In this document: piece by piece, positions 25,568 to 36,997 of the stretch
Numbering within the stretch: the stretch's first letter is position 1
Layout: each line of letters starts with the position of its first letter
Assembly: GCA_964252035.1 (NCBI GenBank)
Contig: OZ176211.1
DNA length: 64,000 nucleotides
Strand: one strand, 5' to 3'
Origin: Podarcis erhardii
Lineage: Eukaryota
Notes under the pieces: model-generated
What the model saw: the letters and a program-made list of their open reading frames with translations, nothing else
The model's database searches: none
Told to the model about the DNA's origin: nothing
Program-made: the position numbers and the translations under genes

Positions 25568-26795
25568 TATGTATTTGGGGATGGGAGAGAAACCGGATCA
25601 GGACTGTGCTTCTGGGAAAGGGGTTGCTCCGTCACCAATCCATCACAATTCCTGTTTTGTATGACTTCCCCTGCCTCAGCTCCACACTCTTCTCAGTCTG
25701 GAGATCAGATCAGCCTCTGGTCTGTCTCCTCAGACCTCTACTGCTCTTCCCGAGGCACAAAAACCACCAGGGATCCAGACCCACAGTTACACAATGTAAT
25801 GTCACATGGCTAGGAACTGCATTATGTAAGCAGCAAGACCCAAAAAGATTTAAATAGAAGTCTCATCAACTTCAAACTAACTTACGTCTACATACACGCA
25901 CTTATGGTGACACCTGAGGCACATGGGGTACGTGTTAATCCTTTGAGAATTACCCACCACCTGGACTTTGCTTTTCATCAGTCTGCAGGGCGATGACTCA
26001 TTTTTCATAATAAAGTGCTTAGCAAACAAGTGCATCAGCAGCTGGCCCAGGCTTAAGATATATTCTAAAAATGAAAATAATGCTGTTGCATAAGTATCCT
26101 TGCTTGCTCACAGCAAATTCCAAGATCAACCCCAGGACATTGTCTTCCGAATGAAAAGATACTACAACGATATCTCCCAGAGATTATAAAAATACTTCCA
26201 AAAATTCGTAGTCAGTTCACCTAACATAAACACGCAATTACTTTAATAACTTCGAGGCAAGTTACAGTGTGGATAGCAAGGGGCTTTCCCAATTACTTGT
26301 CTGTATCTCAATAAAAGTGCAGTCCGTTGAGTATAGTTCTTCTGTTGTGAGGATATAGCATCTTCCTAGCATTCAAACTAATAATTTGTTGCTGGGAAAA
26401 TAAGTTTCCCTCCCCACAATTCATGGGGCAGAATGTTAATGGCATCAGGAAATGTAGTGTGAAATGTGCTACTGCAAACACCATCAGAACTCAAGGTGGG
26501 TCATGTGACATCATAAGCAAGAGATTATCTTAAGTCTGCATTATTTTATGAACTATTTGAATATTCTAAATTCTTTGATGAATGACTCCTCTGCTGTACC
26601 ACTCCTACAATCCTTTAAAAGGGGGGCGGAGCACCATCAGCATTATTATGCTTTATACCATTGGCATATTTGTATGGTCTTGCACAAGGTTATTTCCTGG
26701 TTTTGCTTTTTTTGGTGGTTTTCAACTGATTTTCTGTTGCTGTTTTAATGCTGGCTTTCAGTTGGTTTCTCTTCTGAGGTCCTGTATTCTTTATA

Positions 26796-27016
26796 CAGCC
26801 GTACCTTGGTTGTCAAACGGAATCAGTTCCAAAAGGCCATTCGACTTCCGAAAACATTCGGCAACCAAGGCACAGCTTCCGATTGACTGCAGGAGCCGTG
26901 TCGGACGTTCGGGTTTCAAAGAACGTTCACAAACCGGAACACTCACTTCCGGGTTTGCGGTGTTCGGGAGCCAAAACGTCCAAGTCAAAAGGCGTTCAGG
27001 ATCCAAGGTATGACTG
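26796..27016. mobile_element. Tc1/mariner (pogo/Tigger-like) MITE, family T2
   Basis: TIRs CAGCCGTACCTTGG / CCAAGGTATGACTG, TA flanks; related to the copies at 31465 and 41213. Confidence 0.8.
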
Positions 27017-28244
27017 TAACTGGTTTAAAACTTTGGGTTGCATACTGTTATTTTTTCAAAAACTGCCAAGAGATCTTAAAATACATGAACAGTATATAAA
27101 TGCAATACATCAGGAGTGGGGAGCATCTGGTTTGCAGGCCCAAACCATGTCCACTCACACCACAACTAACATCATTGCATCAAAGGAACCATTGGGAGTC
27201 CAAGTGAACTCCCAATGGTTCCTTTGCTGAAGCAAGGGGCATTCTTACCGCTTATCAAGTCGATGAGCCATGCCTTGCTCTGGGAGGTAGCAACAACCAC
27301 TGCTAAGATGCATGCCCCCCATCATTTTAACAGTGGTTCCAGGGTGAGGGGAGCCTTCAAACAGCCCTTCTACCTACGTCACAAGGGCCAATCCCTTAAA
27401 CTGCTGCAACTCAGGCTCTATTTGTAATGCTGCACTGTACATCCCTGAGCAGGAAGCAAGGAATATGTACAGACCTGCCCTGTTCTTTGAACCTCCGGTT
27501 TTATTCATTGAATAAATAAAGGAGAAAAATCAGGCCTGCACTGCTCTTTGAACCTCCTGCTTATTTCTTGAGTAAATAAAGAACGAAAACACCAGCAATA
27601 CCCAGCTGAAGGAAGCATCCTTACTATCCAGCAATACCTTAGGGGGTTTGGAAACCTTTTCAAAAATACTATCACATCTTTACATGGCATTTAAAAACTA
27701 TTATGGTTTTCAAAGGATAGAGATGCATACTTTTTTTTTTTACTTTGGCTTCTTGATTTATTTTCTCTCCAGTCAAGAGTGTACCAGGAATGAGCAGATA
27801 AGCTCAAGTACTAGAGACTTTCAAACCTTGTCCTGTGACTGGAGCAGAAATAATATCTAGACTCCTAGACGCAGGAAAATGGTGCTCTGTTTCTCCAATA
27901 CTCTTAAGTGCCAAACCACTGTAGCGTATCACTGAAAAGTTCTGTGAATTTCTTTATTTTATTGTTTTACCATGTTAACTTGGCACAGGGAGGGGAAGGA
28001 TGGATTAGGAACATGGTGCATAGGCAGGAGGGTATAACTCTTTCCTTCCCTGCGACAGTATGGATGAAAATCACTCACTCTGTCTTAGCCACAGAGTATT
28101 AGCCACAGGCAGGAAGGTCACATTACGGCAGCAGGATCCATGGTGCTGCTTTTCTATCTACAGCCAAGGCAATATCCCAACCCAGTGCAAACGGGCCAGT
28201 GTAAGGTACCTTTTTGAGAGATGTTGGTGAAGAAAGGCAGGTTT

Positions 28245-28430
28245 AGGGTCATGGCTCAATGACAGAGGATCTGTTCTGCATACAGAAGAGTCTCATGTTC
28301 AACCCTCAGATTCTCCAGCTAAAACTGGGGGTGTCCCCTGCCTGAAACCTCAGAGAGTCGCTGCTAAGTAGCACAGACAAAATTGAGCTAGATGGACCCA
28401 CTCGTTATAAAGGCATTCCTATGACCTATT
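28245..28430 (+). mobile_element. Squam3-like tRNA/CORE SINE
   Basis: Decayed A/B boxes, then CCTGCCTGAAACC..GAGAG..GCTG..GAGCTAGATGGACC..AAGGCATTCCTATG core and tail. Confidence 0.6.
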
Positions 28431-28929
28431 GAGGGACGTGGGTGGCACTGTGGTTAAACCACAGAGCCTAGGACTTGCCGATCAGAAGGTCGGCAGTTCG
28501 AATCCCTGCAACGGGGTGAGCGCCCATTGCTCGGTCCCTGCTCCTGCCAACCTAGCAGCAGTGGCGTAGCGTGGGTTGTCAGCACCCGGGGCAAGGCAAG
28601 TAATTTGCGCCCCCTAACCCGTGGATTTGCGCCCCCTAACCCTAACCCCAGATGTTGCGCCCGGTGCGGCCGGCCCCCCCTGCACCCCCCACGCTACGCT
28701 ACTGCCTAGCAGTTCGAAAGCATTTCAAAGTGCAAGTAGATAAATAGGTACCGCTCCGGCAGGAAGGTAAACGGCGTTTCCGTGCGCTGCTCTGGTTCGC
28801 CAGAAGCGGATTAGTCACATGACCCGGAAGCTGTACGCCGGCTCCCTCAGCCAATAAAGCGAGATCAGCATCACAACCCCAGAGTCGGTCACGACTGGAC
28901 CTAATGGTCAGGGGTCCTTTTACCTTTAC
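28431..28929 (+). mobile_element. Full-length Sauria SINE interrupted by a hAT MITE
   Basis: A box TGGCACTGTGG, B box GTTCGAATC, ACCTTT tail; 13-bp TSD CCTATGACCTATT at 28418-28430 and 28930-28942. Confidence 0.9.
28559..28704. mobile_element. 146-bp hAT MITE
   Basis: TIRs CAGTGGCGTAGCGTGGG / CCCACGCTACGCTACTG; perfect 8-bp TSD CCTAGCAG at 28551-28558 and 28705-28712. Confidence 0.88.
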
Positions 28930-30647
28930 CCTATGACCTATTAGGAGGTATAGGAGCAGAAGGACCACCTGAAAACCACTGTGCCTGTTAAAGACCACTT
29001 CCCCCTATGGACCTTGTTCAGCTACAATTACACATGTCGGTTTTCGGCAAGGGACTGGGATTCGAGAAGTCAGCGGCGTACAGCTGGACCCTTCTACCTA
29101 CATCCCAAGGGCTACTCCTTTAAGCTGCTGCAGCTGAAGCTCTGTTTGTACTATCATAGGGTGTATCCTAAGCAGGAAGCCAGAAAAGAATTAACACCCT
29201 GCCCCACTCTCCTTGTAGGAGCATTTCATCATTTCTTAATCGGTTTTTTTAAAAAAATGCTCAATCATGTCCCTGTGTGATTTGGCATATCAATGAGGGC
29301 TCAATCTCTTTTGTATTTGAAGGCACCAAGAGAGATAAAAAGGTGCTTTTTCTCCTTTTGAGGCTGAGTGAAGAATATTTCATTGCTTTAAAATTAACAA
29401 TATTATACATCACACAGAAACATTCACACAGTGGGGGGAAAGGAACATCTTATCCAGGATTTATCAAGTGCTCCTGCCATTTTGAGGTACACTGCTTATT
29501 TTAGACCACCGCAGTAGCTCTATGAAACAGACAGGATTGCTCCTTATCTCAAAGCACTGCAAACACAGAGCAAAAATAAAAATGCATTGCGTTATTCCTT
29601 AAAACACACATACACACCACCCGTTACTATCTGGCATTTCTGCCATTCCTCTGTGAGAGAAATTATGTAGCACAGTATTTTTTTAACGTCAGTTCCGGGA
29701 TAGTACAATTCCAAATATTTTATTGGTTTCTCTCTAGTTACAAGGATTTGGCATTTCCTGTGTAACAAAAGCTAAAAAAGATAGAATAAAAAACTTCATT
29801 GTGCAGTAATCTAAGATATATTTCATCAGTATAGTGATGCTAAAGAAATCTTTACACAGAATACTCACACTTTGCCTGCTCTTTTCGTTCCAGAAGCTTT
29901 GCTATCCTTCCTATCAAACTAGATACAAACGTCAATTAAAAATCCACCCATGTCAGTGGGGCTTGTGCATAACACATTCTTGATATGCCATTTATTGAGG
30001 GCTGGACTACTAATAATATAGTAATGGTACATTGCTATTTTACCGTTACTACTGTTGCCTCTAATAATAATTTGTTCATTGTTTTATTTCATTAAAAAGA
30101 GGAGGGGAGCTTAAAACTAGGATAATTGTTCTGACTAAAATAACTGAAATTGCTTTATATATCATCCATAGTTCTATCAGTTTAAAACAGAGCACATTTC
30201 TCTCTCTCTCTCTCTCCAGGCATTGCTTTCATTATCATTATTCTGCGCAGTGGTATACAACTTCAAGAAGGGAATAAGTTATCCCAAAAAGGGCAATCTG
30301 AGCATTTATGGAAGTTAGGGAATGAAAAATGCATAGCTACCATGGTAACAACTAAGTCACATGGTAGCTGCCATGAAATGCAAAGCATCTTAAGTAAACA
30401 CTGGCATGTTTTGTTTTGTCCTGCAATCTCCAAGAATTCTCTTGTGTTGAACAATGCAAAGCACATACTAGTAACCATCCATTTCCACACACACATACCC
30501 AAGGTTATTTTAATTCTTCAAAATATATCAGTGAAAGAAAACTTTTCCCCATTATTTTGTGCATCTCAGGAAAAAAACTTTTTAGAACAACTTGCAGATA
30601 GCCATCATGGCAGACCAGGAAATACGTAAAATTAAAATATTGAAGTA

Positions 30648-30889
30648 CAGTGGTACCTCGGGTTAAGAACTTAATTCGTTCTGGAGGTCCGTTCTTAACC
30701 TGAAACTGTTCTTAACCTGAGGTACCACTTTAGCTAATGGGGCCTCCTGCTGCCACTGCACCTCCGCAATGTGATTTCTGTTCTCATCCTGAAGCAAAGT
30801 TCTTAACCAGAGGTACTATTTCTGGGTTAGTGGAGTCTGTAACCTGAAGTGTCTGTAACCTGAAGTGTCTGTAACCCGAGGTACCACTG
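30648..30889 (+). mobile_element. Tc1/mariner MITE, family T1
   Basis: CAGTGGTACCTCGGG / CCCGAGGTACCACTG TIRs, TA flanks. Confidence 0.88.
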
Positions 30890-31464
30890 TAATCTTATTT
30901 CCAATGTAGGTCAGAAGGGAGTTCCCATTTCTGGGTTGACCAAATATCCGTGGTCCAAGAGTGAAAAGAGTCAGCTATGCATGGGGTTTTAAAATACAGT
31001 GTGTCAAAGCATAAAAAACAGCTGTCATCCCTCACTCCCCAACCTTCAGGCATGTTTACATCTACATAAGCCTATGTCAAAATGCCAAATGTGGCTGAAA
31101 TGAGCAAAAGTGATGACAACAACAGCAACAACCGGAAGCATCAGATAGTGGCACAGCTCCTCAATCTCCAAATACTTAAACACAAATACAAGTATTGCCC
31201 ACCCCCATGCACAAAGCCTTCGAGTTGGTTTGAAATTATGATAAAAGTAGGGGGGAAAGTACACACTGCTTACACTGCTCTTTTATGACATATGAAGCGG
31301 TACTAATGGATCTCACCCAAAACCTTCCGTGGTGTGTTAAGAGATCACATCCGTTGCAAAATCCACACACATCCTGCTTCACATCTTCCAGAAATAGCAG
31401 GAGAGGCATAGGTAATAAGCAATTGAATCAGAATAATTTTCCAGGGAAACAGTATTTTAGATTA

Positions 31465-31688
31465 CAGTGGTACCTTGGTTCTCGAATGGTTTAGTTGATA
31501 AACAAATCGGCTCCCGGACGCCGAAAACCTGGAAGTAAGTGTTCCAGTTTTTGAACACTTTTTGGAAGCCGAATTTCCAACGGGCTTCCGCTTGAGTGCA
31601 GGAAGCTCCTGCAGCCAATTGGAAGCTGCGCCTTGGTTTTCTAACGGACTTCCGGAACAGATTAAGTTTGAGAACCAAGGTACCACTG
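31465..31688. mobile_element. Tc1/mariner MITE, family T2
   Basis: CAGTGGTACCTTGGTTCTC / GAGAACCAAGGTACCACTG TIRs, TA flanks. Confidence 0.88.
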
Positions 31689-31780
31689 TATTTGCCTTTG
31701 CTTGTTTAGAACTTAGCTCAAGCTCCAAATCCTTAGTTCAAACACGATAATCTTTTAAAAAATAAACTGCACACCCTAAA

Positions 31781-31860
31781 TGCTATGTACTGAAGTTCTC
31801 ACTCACCCTGGGCTAGCAGGGGGATACTGTAGATAGTTTTCACTCAGGGCCACATATGCA

Positions 31861-31901
<41 letters not shown>

Positions 31902-33280
31902 ATTTTATTTATATCCCGCCCTCCCCAGCCGAGGCCGGGCTCAGGGCGGCTAACAACAATCAAACAATCAAACAATCAAACAATCAGATAATCGCACATT
32001 CTAAAAATATTTCATTATAAAAATCAATTAAAATCAAATTAATGGCAACTGATTAAGCAAGATTCTGTGCAGGTTGCCAGAGGAGGGAGTCAGGCTGCGC
32101 CCTGACCAAAGGCCTGGTGGAACAACTCTGTCTTGCAGGCCCTGCGGAAGGATGTCAGGTCCCGCAGGGCCCTAGTCTCTTGTGACAGAGCGTTCCACCA
32201 GATTGGAGCCGCAGCCGAGAAGGCCCTGGCTCTAGTTGAGGCCAGCCTAACCTATCTGAGGCCTGGGACCTTGAGGATCTTATTATTTGCAGACCGTAGG
32301 TTTCTCTGTGGGGCATACCAGGAGTGGCAGTCCCGTAGGTACGAGGGTCCTAGGCCGTATAGGGCTTTAAAGGTTAAAACCAGCACCTTAAACCTGATCC
32401 TGTACTCCACCGGGAGCCAGTGCAGCTGGTATAGTACCGGATGAATGTGATCTCGCAGCGAAGACCCCATAAGGAGTCTCGCCACGGCATTCTGCACCCG
32501 CTGGAGTTTCTGGGTCAGTCTCAAGGGCAGCCCCACGTAGAGCGAGTTACAATAATCCAGTCTGGAGGTGACCGTCGCATGGATCACAGTGGCTAGGTCA
32601 GGGCGAGAGAGATAAGGGGCCAACTGCTTAGCTTGGCGGAGATGAAAAAATGCCGCCTTTGTTATAGCTGTAATCTGCGCCTCCATAGAGAGGGAGGTAT
32701 CGAAGATTACACCCAAACTCTTAACGGACGGTGCTGGCACTAATTGCACCCCCCACAAGAGATGGGAGTTGCCCCCTCAATCCCATATCGCCCCGTCCCA
32801 GCCAGAGGTCCTCTGTCTTCGAAGGATTTAACTTCAACCGGCTCCCACGTAACCATCCAGCCACAGCTTCCAGACATCTCGCCAGTGTGTCTGGGGCCGA
32901 GTCAGGATGGCCATCCATCAACAGATAGAGTTGGGTGTCATCAGCATACTGATGGCAACCCAGCCCAAAACTCCGGACAAGCTGGGCGAGGGGGCGCATA
33001 AAGATATTAAAAAGCATCGGGGAGAGAATCGCACCCTGAGGCACTCCACACACCAAGGAGTGGCGCAATGACAATTCCCCCCCGAGCGCCTAAGTGATTG
33101 AAAGTGACGTTCAGTGATTGGATAGTTACAGAAAGTGTTACAGTTGCGTTGTAGTGGAGCACTATATAAGCAGGCTGGCTGAACCCTTCAGTTTTGTTCT
33201 GTTCTGTTCTGGCCTGTGACTAAACCAGAGCTGTTTGAAGAATCGCTGTGTCGTCTGATATGTTCACCCACAACTTAACA
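31781..33280 (+). mobile_element. Solo LTR (31781-31863 plus 33091-33280) split by an L2 insertion
   Basis: TG...ACA termini, flanks CTAAA / CTAAG; both halves align with the intact opposite-strand copy at 59831-60127. Confidence 0.8.
31862..33090 (-). mobile_element. 5'-truncated L2 LINE (C-terminal part of RT plus 3' UTR)
   Basis: ORFs 32721-33074 (PQG, YADD) and 32252-32758 (SRLDYCN...LPVEYRIRFKVL); (TTA)n tail; highly similar to the copy at 60690-61915. Confidence 0.9.
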
Positions 33281-34911
33281 CTAAGGAGTTTAAATGCTTG
33301 TGTTTAGAAGAAAAATATATATACACACATTTGGTTTTACAACTCACCCCATCCCAGTGTAATATATTTACTAAAATGCAGCAGCATGCAACTGAAGGAA
33401 ACTTATCGAAGCAGGAGCGAACAAATTAAATCCTAAAATTTTAAATATACCTAGGGGGGGAAACAGAATGCAGTGTTCTGTAAAATATGCATGCAGGCAG
33501 CTATGAGACTGTGTGACATTGGCACCATTTTCCCACGATGAAGCAGTTTTGCCCCAGCTTTCATTTCTATAAAAGCCCTTGCTCATTTAGCATTCGGTTC
33601 CTCTCCGCAACAATGCAGTGCAGCTGATGTACATTAGGCATATTGTCTGTGGAAAGAAGAGGGGAGCTTGCAGTGGCAAGCACTTAACATGCACATGGTA
33701 AATTGGAAGTGAGAGGCTGTAAAAGGATTGGAACCATTAAACTGTCATAAAAGCAGAAGTGACACATGCACTCTTTCCTGGCTCCGACTTGATCCCATTC
33801 TCAAAATGCTGGACTGGCACCAGCCCCATTTATTTCAACTGGGCTCACGTTTTCAGAGTAGATTCCCGTATTGACATGCCTGTGTTCTCTCCTGTGTCAC
33901 ACAGGAAATGAGTTAAGCCGCCAAAGGAGATAAATTCCCATAATGAACCATGTTTTATATCTTAATTAAGGTTTATTCCCAGGTGTGGAAAACACTCCAC
34001 CTGTCTATACAAATCTGTTCCACGTGCTGGTGTATAAAATTCAAGAAGAGTTTCATCCAATAAATTATGCAGCAATGTGGTGGGCTTAAAAATAAAAAAG
34101 TGAATGAAGGTTACAGCAGGATTTATTTTATTATTTTAACATTATTAGCAGCACAGTGCTGTTTATGTGTAATTATGTTGAATTTACACCAGAAATGCAT
34201 TGGTTGCTTTACAGAACAGTAGAACAAAAGAAGGCAGTATTTTAATAGGCTCCTTGTTTAACATTTCTGCACAAGACTCATACTTATTTCTATATAGCAC
34301 TTTGATGATTAATTCAAGAGCTAGCGTCAAACAAGTGGATGATTCCAAAGAGGCTCCATAGCAGTAGATGAAGTTCACACCCAAGTCACCATTCCAATGT
34401 GCCATTGGTATATATGGGGCCACAGAACAGAGTTTTGTTTTTCAAAAGAAGAATAGAGTCATCAAGCTTGATAATCAAAGGATCCCTGACAGATGGTCAC
34501 CCAACCTTTTTTGGCTCCAAGGGACAGATCTTTATCAGGATTGGCCTCACTGGTCAAATGTTAATATCATAATGACCCCATGTGATTGACAGGTGGGTGT
34601 GTACAGGATAGCAGCCTTAAAGTACCAAAAAGCCAAGGCGTTTTCCTCAGAACCACGGGTGGGCCACCAAGTGGCAACTACTCTATAGGAGTCTTAGTAC
34701 ATCAGCAGCATCAGCATCACAACAACAACAATTTATTTTCTGTACCGTGCCCATCTGGCTGGACTGTCCCAGCCACTCTGGATGACATGTTAGACTCCCC
34801 ACACTATAGTGTTAACAACTACACTGATTATTCTCCAAAAGGAACAAAATAAGGCTTTACTCTTAAACAATATAATACCATGCAAGTAGCAGAAGGGGTT
34901 TTTAAGAGCTA

Positions 34912-35170
34912 CCGTATTTTTTGCTCTATAAGACTCACTTTTTCCCTCCTAAAAAGTAAGGGGAAATGTGTGTGCGTCTTATGGGGTGAATGCCGGCTGC
35001 GCAGCTATCCCAGAAGCCAGAACAGCAAGAGGGATTGCTGCTTTCACTGCGTAGCGATCCCTCTTGCTGTTCTGGCTTCTGAGATTCAGAATATTTTTTT
35101 TCTTGTTTTCCTCCTCCAAAAACTAGGTGCGTCTTGTGGTCTGGTGTGTTTTATAGAGCGAAAAATACGG
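34912..35170. mobile_element. Tc2-like MITE (259 bp) with central hairpin
   Basis: TIRs CCGTATTTTTTGCTCTATAA / TTATAGAGCGAAAAATACGG, TA flanks. Confidence 0.85.
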
Positions 35171-35526
35171 TATTTGACCTTAAGGACCCATGGGAAAATT
35201 TGCAAACCAGAGAGGCTTTAATGGCCACCACCACACACACAGCTCAACCTATATGCACTATATGGACAGAGCTTTTTTAAAAAGCCCCCCCCCTATTTTG
35301 CAAACATGATGAGAGGATGGCTGACAAGTAAGGACTGAAAACAGAAGAAAACAAAAGCCCACTGTAAGGGGTCTGTGTCAGAATCGTTCAAATGCATCAA
35401 ACTGCATGTATCCCACATCTATACGTTCATGTTACAGATAGGTAGCCGTGTTGGTCTGCCATAGTCAAAACAAAATAAAAAAATTCCTTCCAGTAGCACC
35501 TTAAAGACCAACCAAGTTAGTTCTTG

Positions 35527-35564
35527 GTATGAGCTTTCGTGTGCATGCACACTTCTTCAGATAC
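35527..35564 (-). ncRNA. Minimal type I hammerhead ribozyme motif (intact core)
   Basis: Minus strand reads GUAU-CUGAAGA-A-GUGUGCAUGCACAC-GAAA-GC-UC/AUAC: stem I GUAU/AUAC, conserved core, stem II, palindromic AGCU stem III. Predicted cut between 35531 and 35530. Confidence 0.78.
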
Positions 35565-35595
35565 ACTGAAAGGGTCTGGTGACTTCTGCTTCAGT

Positions 35596-35633
35596 GTATC
35601 TGAAGAAGTGTGCATGCACACAAAAGCTCATAC
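35596..35633 (+). ncRNA. Second hammerhead motif, core-mutated (GAAA to AAAA)
   Basis: Same sequence on the plus strand but position 35622 is A instead of G (CpG-type transition at G12). Confidence 0.65.
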
Positions 35634-36087
35634 CAAGAACTAACTTAGTTGGTCTTTAAGGTGCTACTGGAAGGAATTTTTTTATTTTGTTTTGACTATA
35701 CGTTCATGTGTGACAAGTGCATGCGTGACTATATTGCCACACATATGCAGGCGACAGGAAGCCTGGGTTGCTGTCAGAATTCTGCAGCATGAGCACAATG
35801 TGGGATCACAATGCCCTAGTGTGGTCACCGTCTCTAACAGTAATGTGTGAAGAGGTCTTGGGCAGTGAGTGGAAGAGCTGGCGGCAAGTCTCCTTCTGTG
35901 AGGAGGCACATATTAATAGCAAGGTGCCGACTGGGTATGTCCTTAGCACTGCACCTAAATAGTTTTAAATCACCAAGAAAAAGATATAAATGAATCCAGG
36001 AATTATGACTTCTATAGCACAATATTATACATGTTGACTCATTAGTCCAGGAAAGTGGATATAGGACTGCAGACATGATTTCCAGTC

Positions 36088-36088
<1 letters not shown>

Positions 36089-36144
<56 letters not shown>

Positions 36145-36154
36145 CACACACACA
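36089..36154. repeat. (AC)n(AT)n(AC)n microsatellite
   Basis: Direct reading. Confidence 0.9.
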
Positions 36155-36934
36155 TAAAGAAAACCCTACTTGAGCTATCTTCAACCAAAAGAAAAATGAC
36201 GTGCCCACTCAGATTCATTAAAAAATAGCTTATAATTCTTAAGTACCATTTCCATACTAAGCTGCTCCTCCATATGAAATAAGTTATGAACTGGAGCAAT
36301 TAACAAAAGCGCTCAAGCCCAGACATGTTGCCTGGTTGGCTTCACATGGTAGAAGGAGAGAAAAGCAGAAAGAAACGTCACTTCCTTCGTCAGCTGATTT
36401 CTATATAGTGGTGAAGCACAGACGAGGAGCAAATCTCAAACCATCTGATGATAGCATGCGTACAGAGTCTAATGGAACTATTAGACTCCCCTTTCCCTTC
36501 TGCACAGTGGCAAGAAGCTTCTCAGTGAAGTCTTCTCCAATCAATTTGTAAGTCAATGAAAGAGTACATTTGTCTTTGGGCTTGAAATCAGAGGGTGACG
36601 CGGGAGGGACAGGAAGAAGATCAAGCTGGAAGACCATTGCAAGCACTGCTTGCAAATGACCAAACTAGAGAGCAAGCAAGAGCATTACTACCGCTCAGGT
36701 ACCTGCATCACACATAAATACATTTTGCTGATTTTGAAGATTGCATTGTCACTTATTCTGCAATTGCTCAAGGGTATTTCAGGGACTCTGCAAGCTTTTT
36801 ATCAGCCAAATCAAATATAAATTAAATTGCAGTGGTGCTGCATATGTTCCTTGCTCGCAGGAATTACACATGAGGGAATACCGAATGTGAGGAAAATAGG
36901 ATGCAGTGCAGTGAGTGTGCATGTACGTGCCCGG

Positions 36935-36937
<3 letters not shown>

Positions 36938-36982
<45 letters not shown>

Positions 36983-36997
36983 ACTGTCTGTCTGTCT
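36938..36997. repeat. (GT)n microsatellite with adjacent (CTGT)n
   Basis: Direct reading. Confidence 0.9.

Larger units (their letters stand above)
35433..35695 (-). mobile_element. Penelope-like retroelement terminal fragment with an inverted duplicate
   Basis: 14-bp TSD CTATACGTTCATGT (35419-35432 and 35696-35709); arms 35461-35570 and 35590-35699 are reverse complements at 108 of 110 nt; carries minimal hammerhead motifs typical of PLE terminal repeats. Confidence 0.75.
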
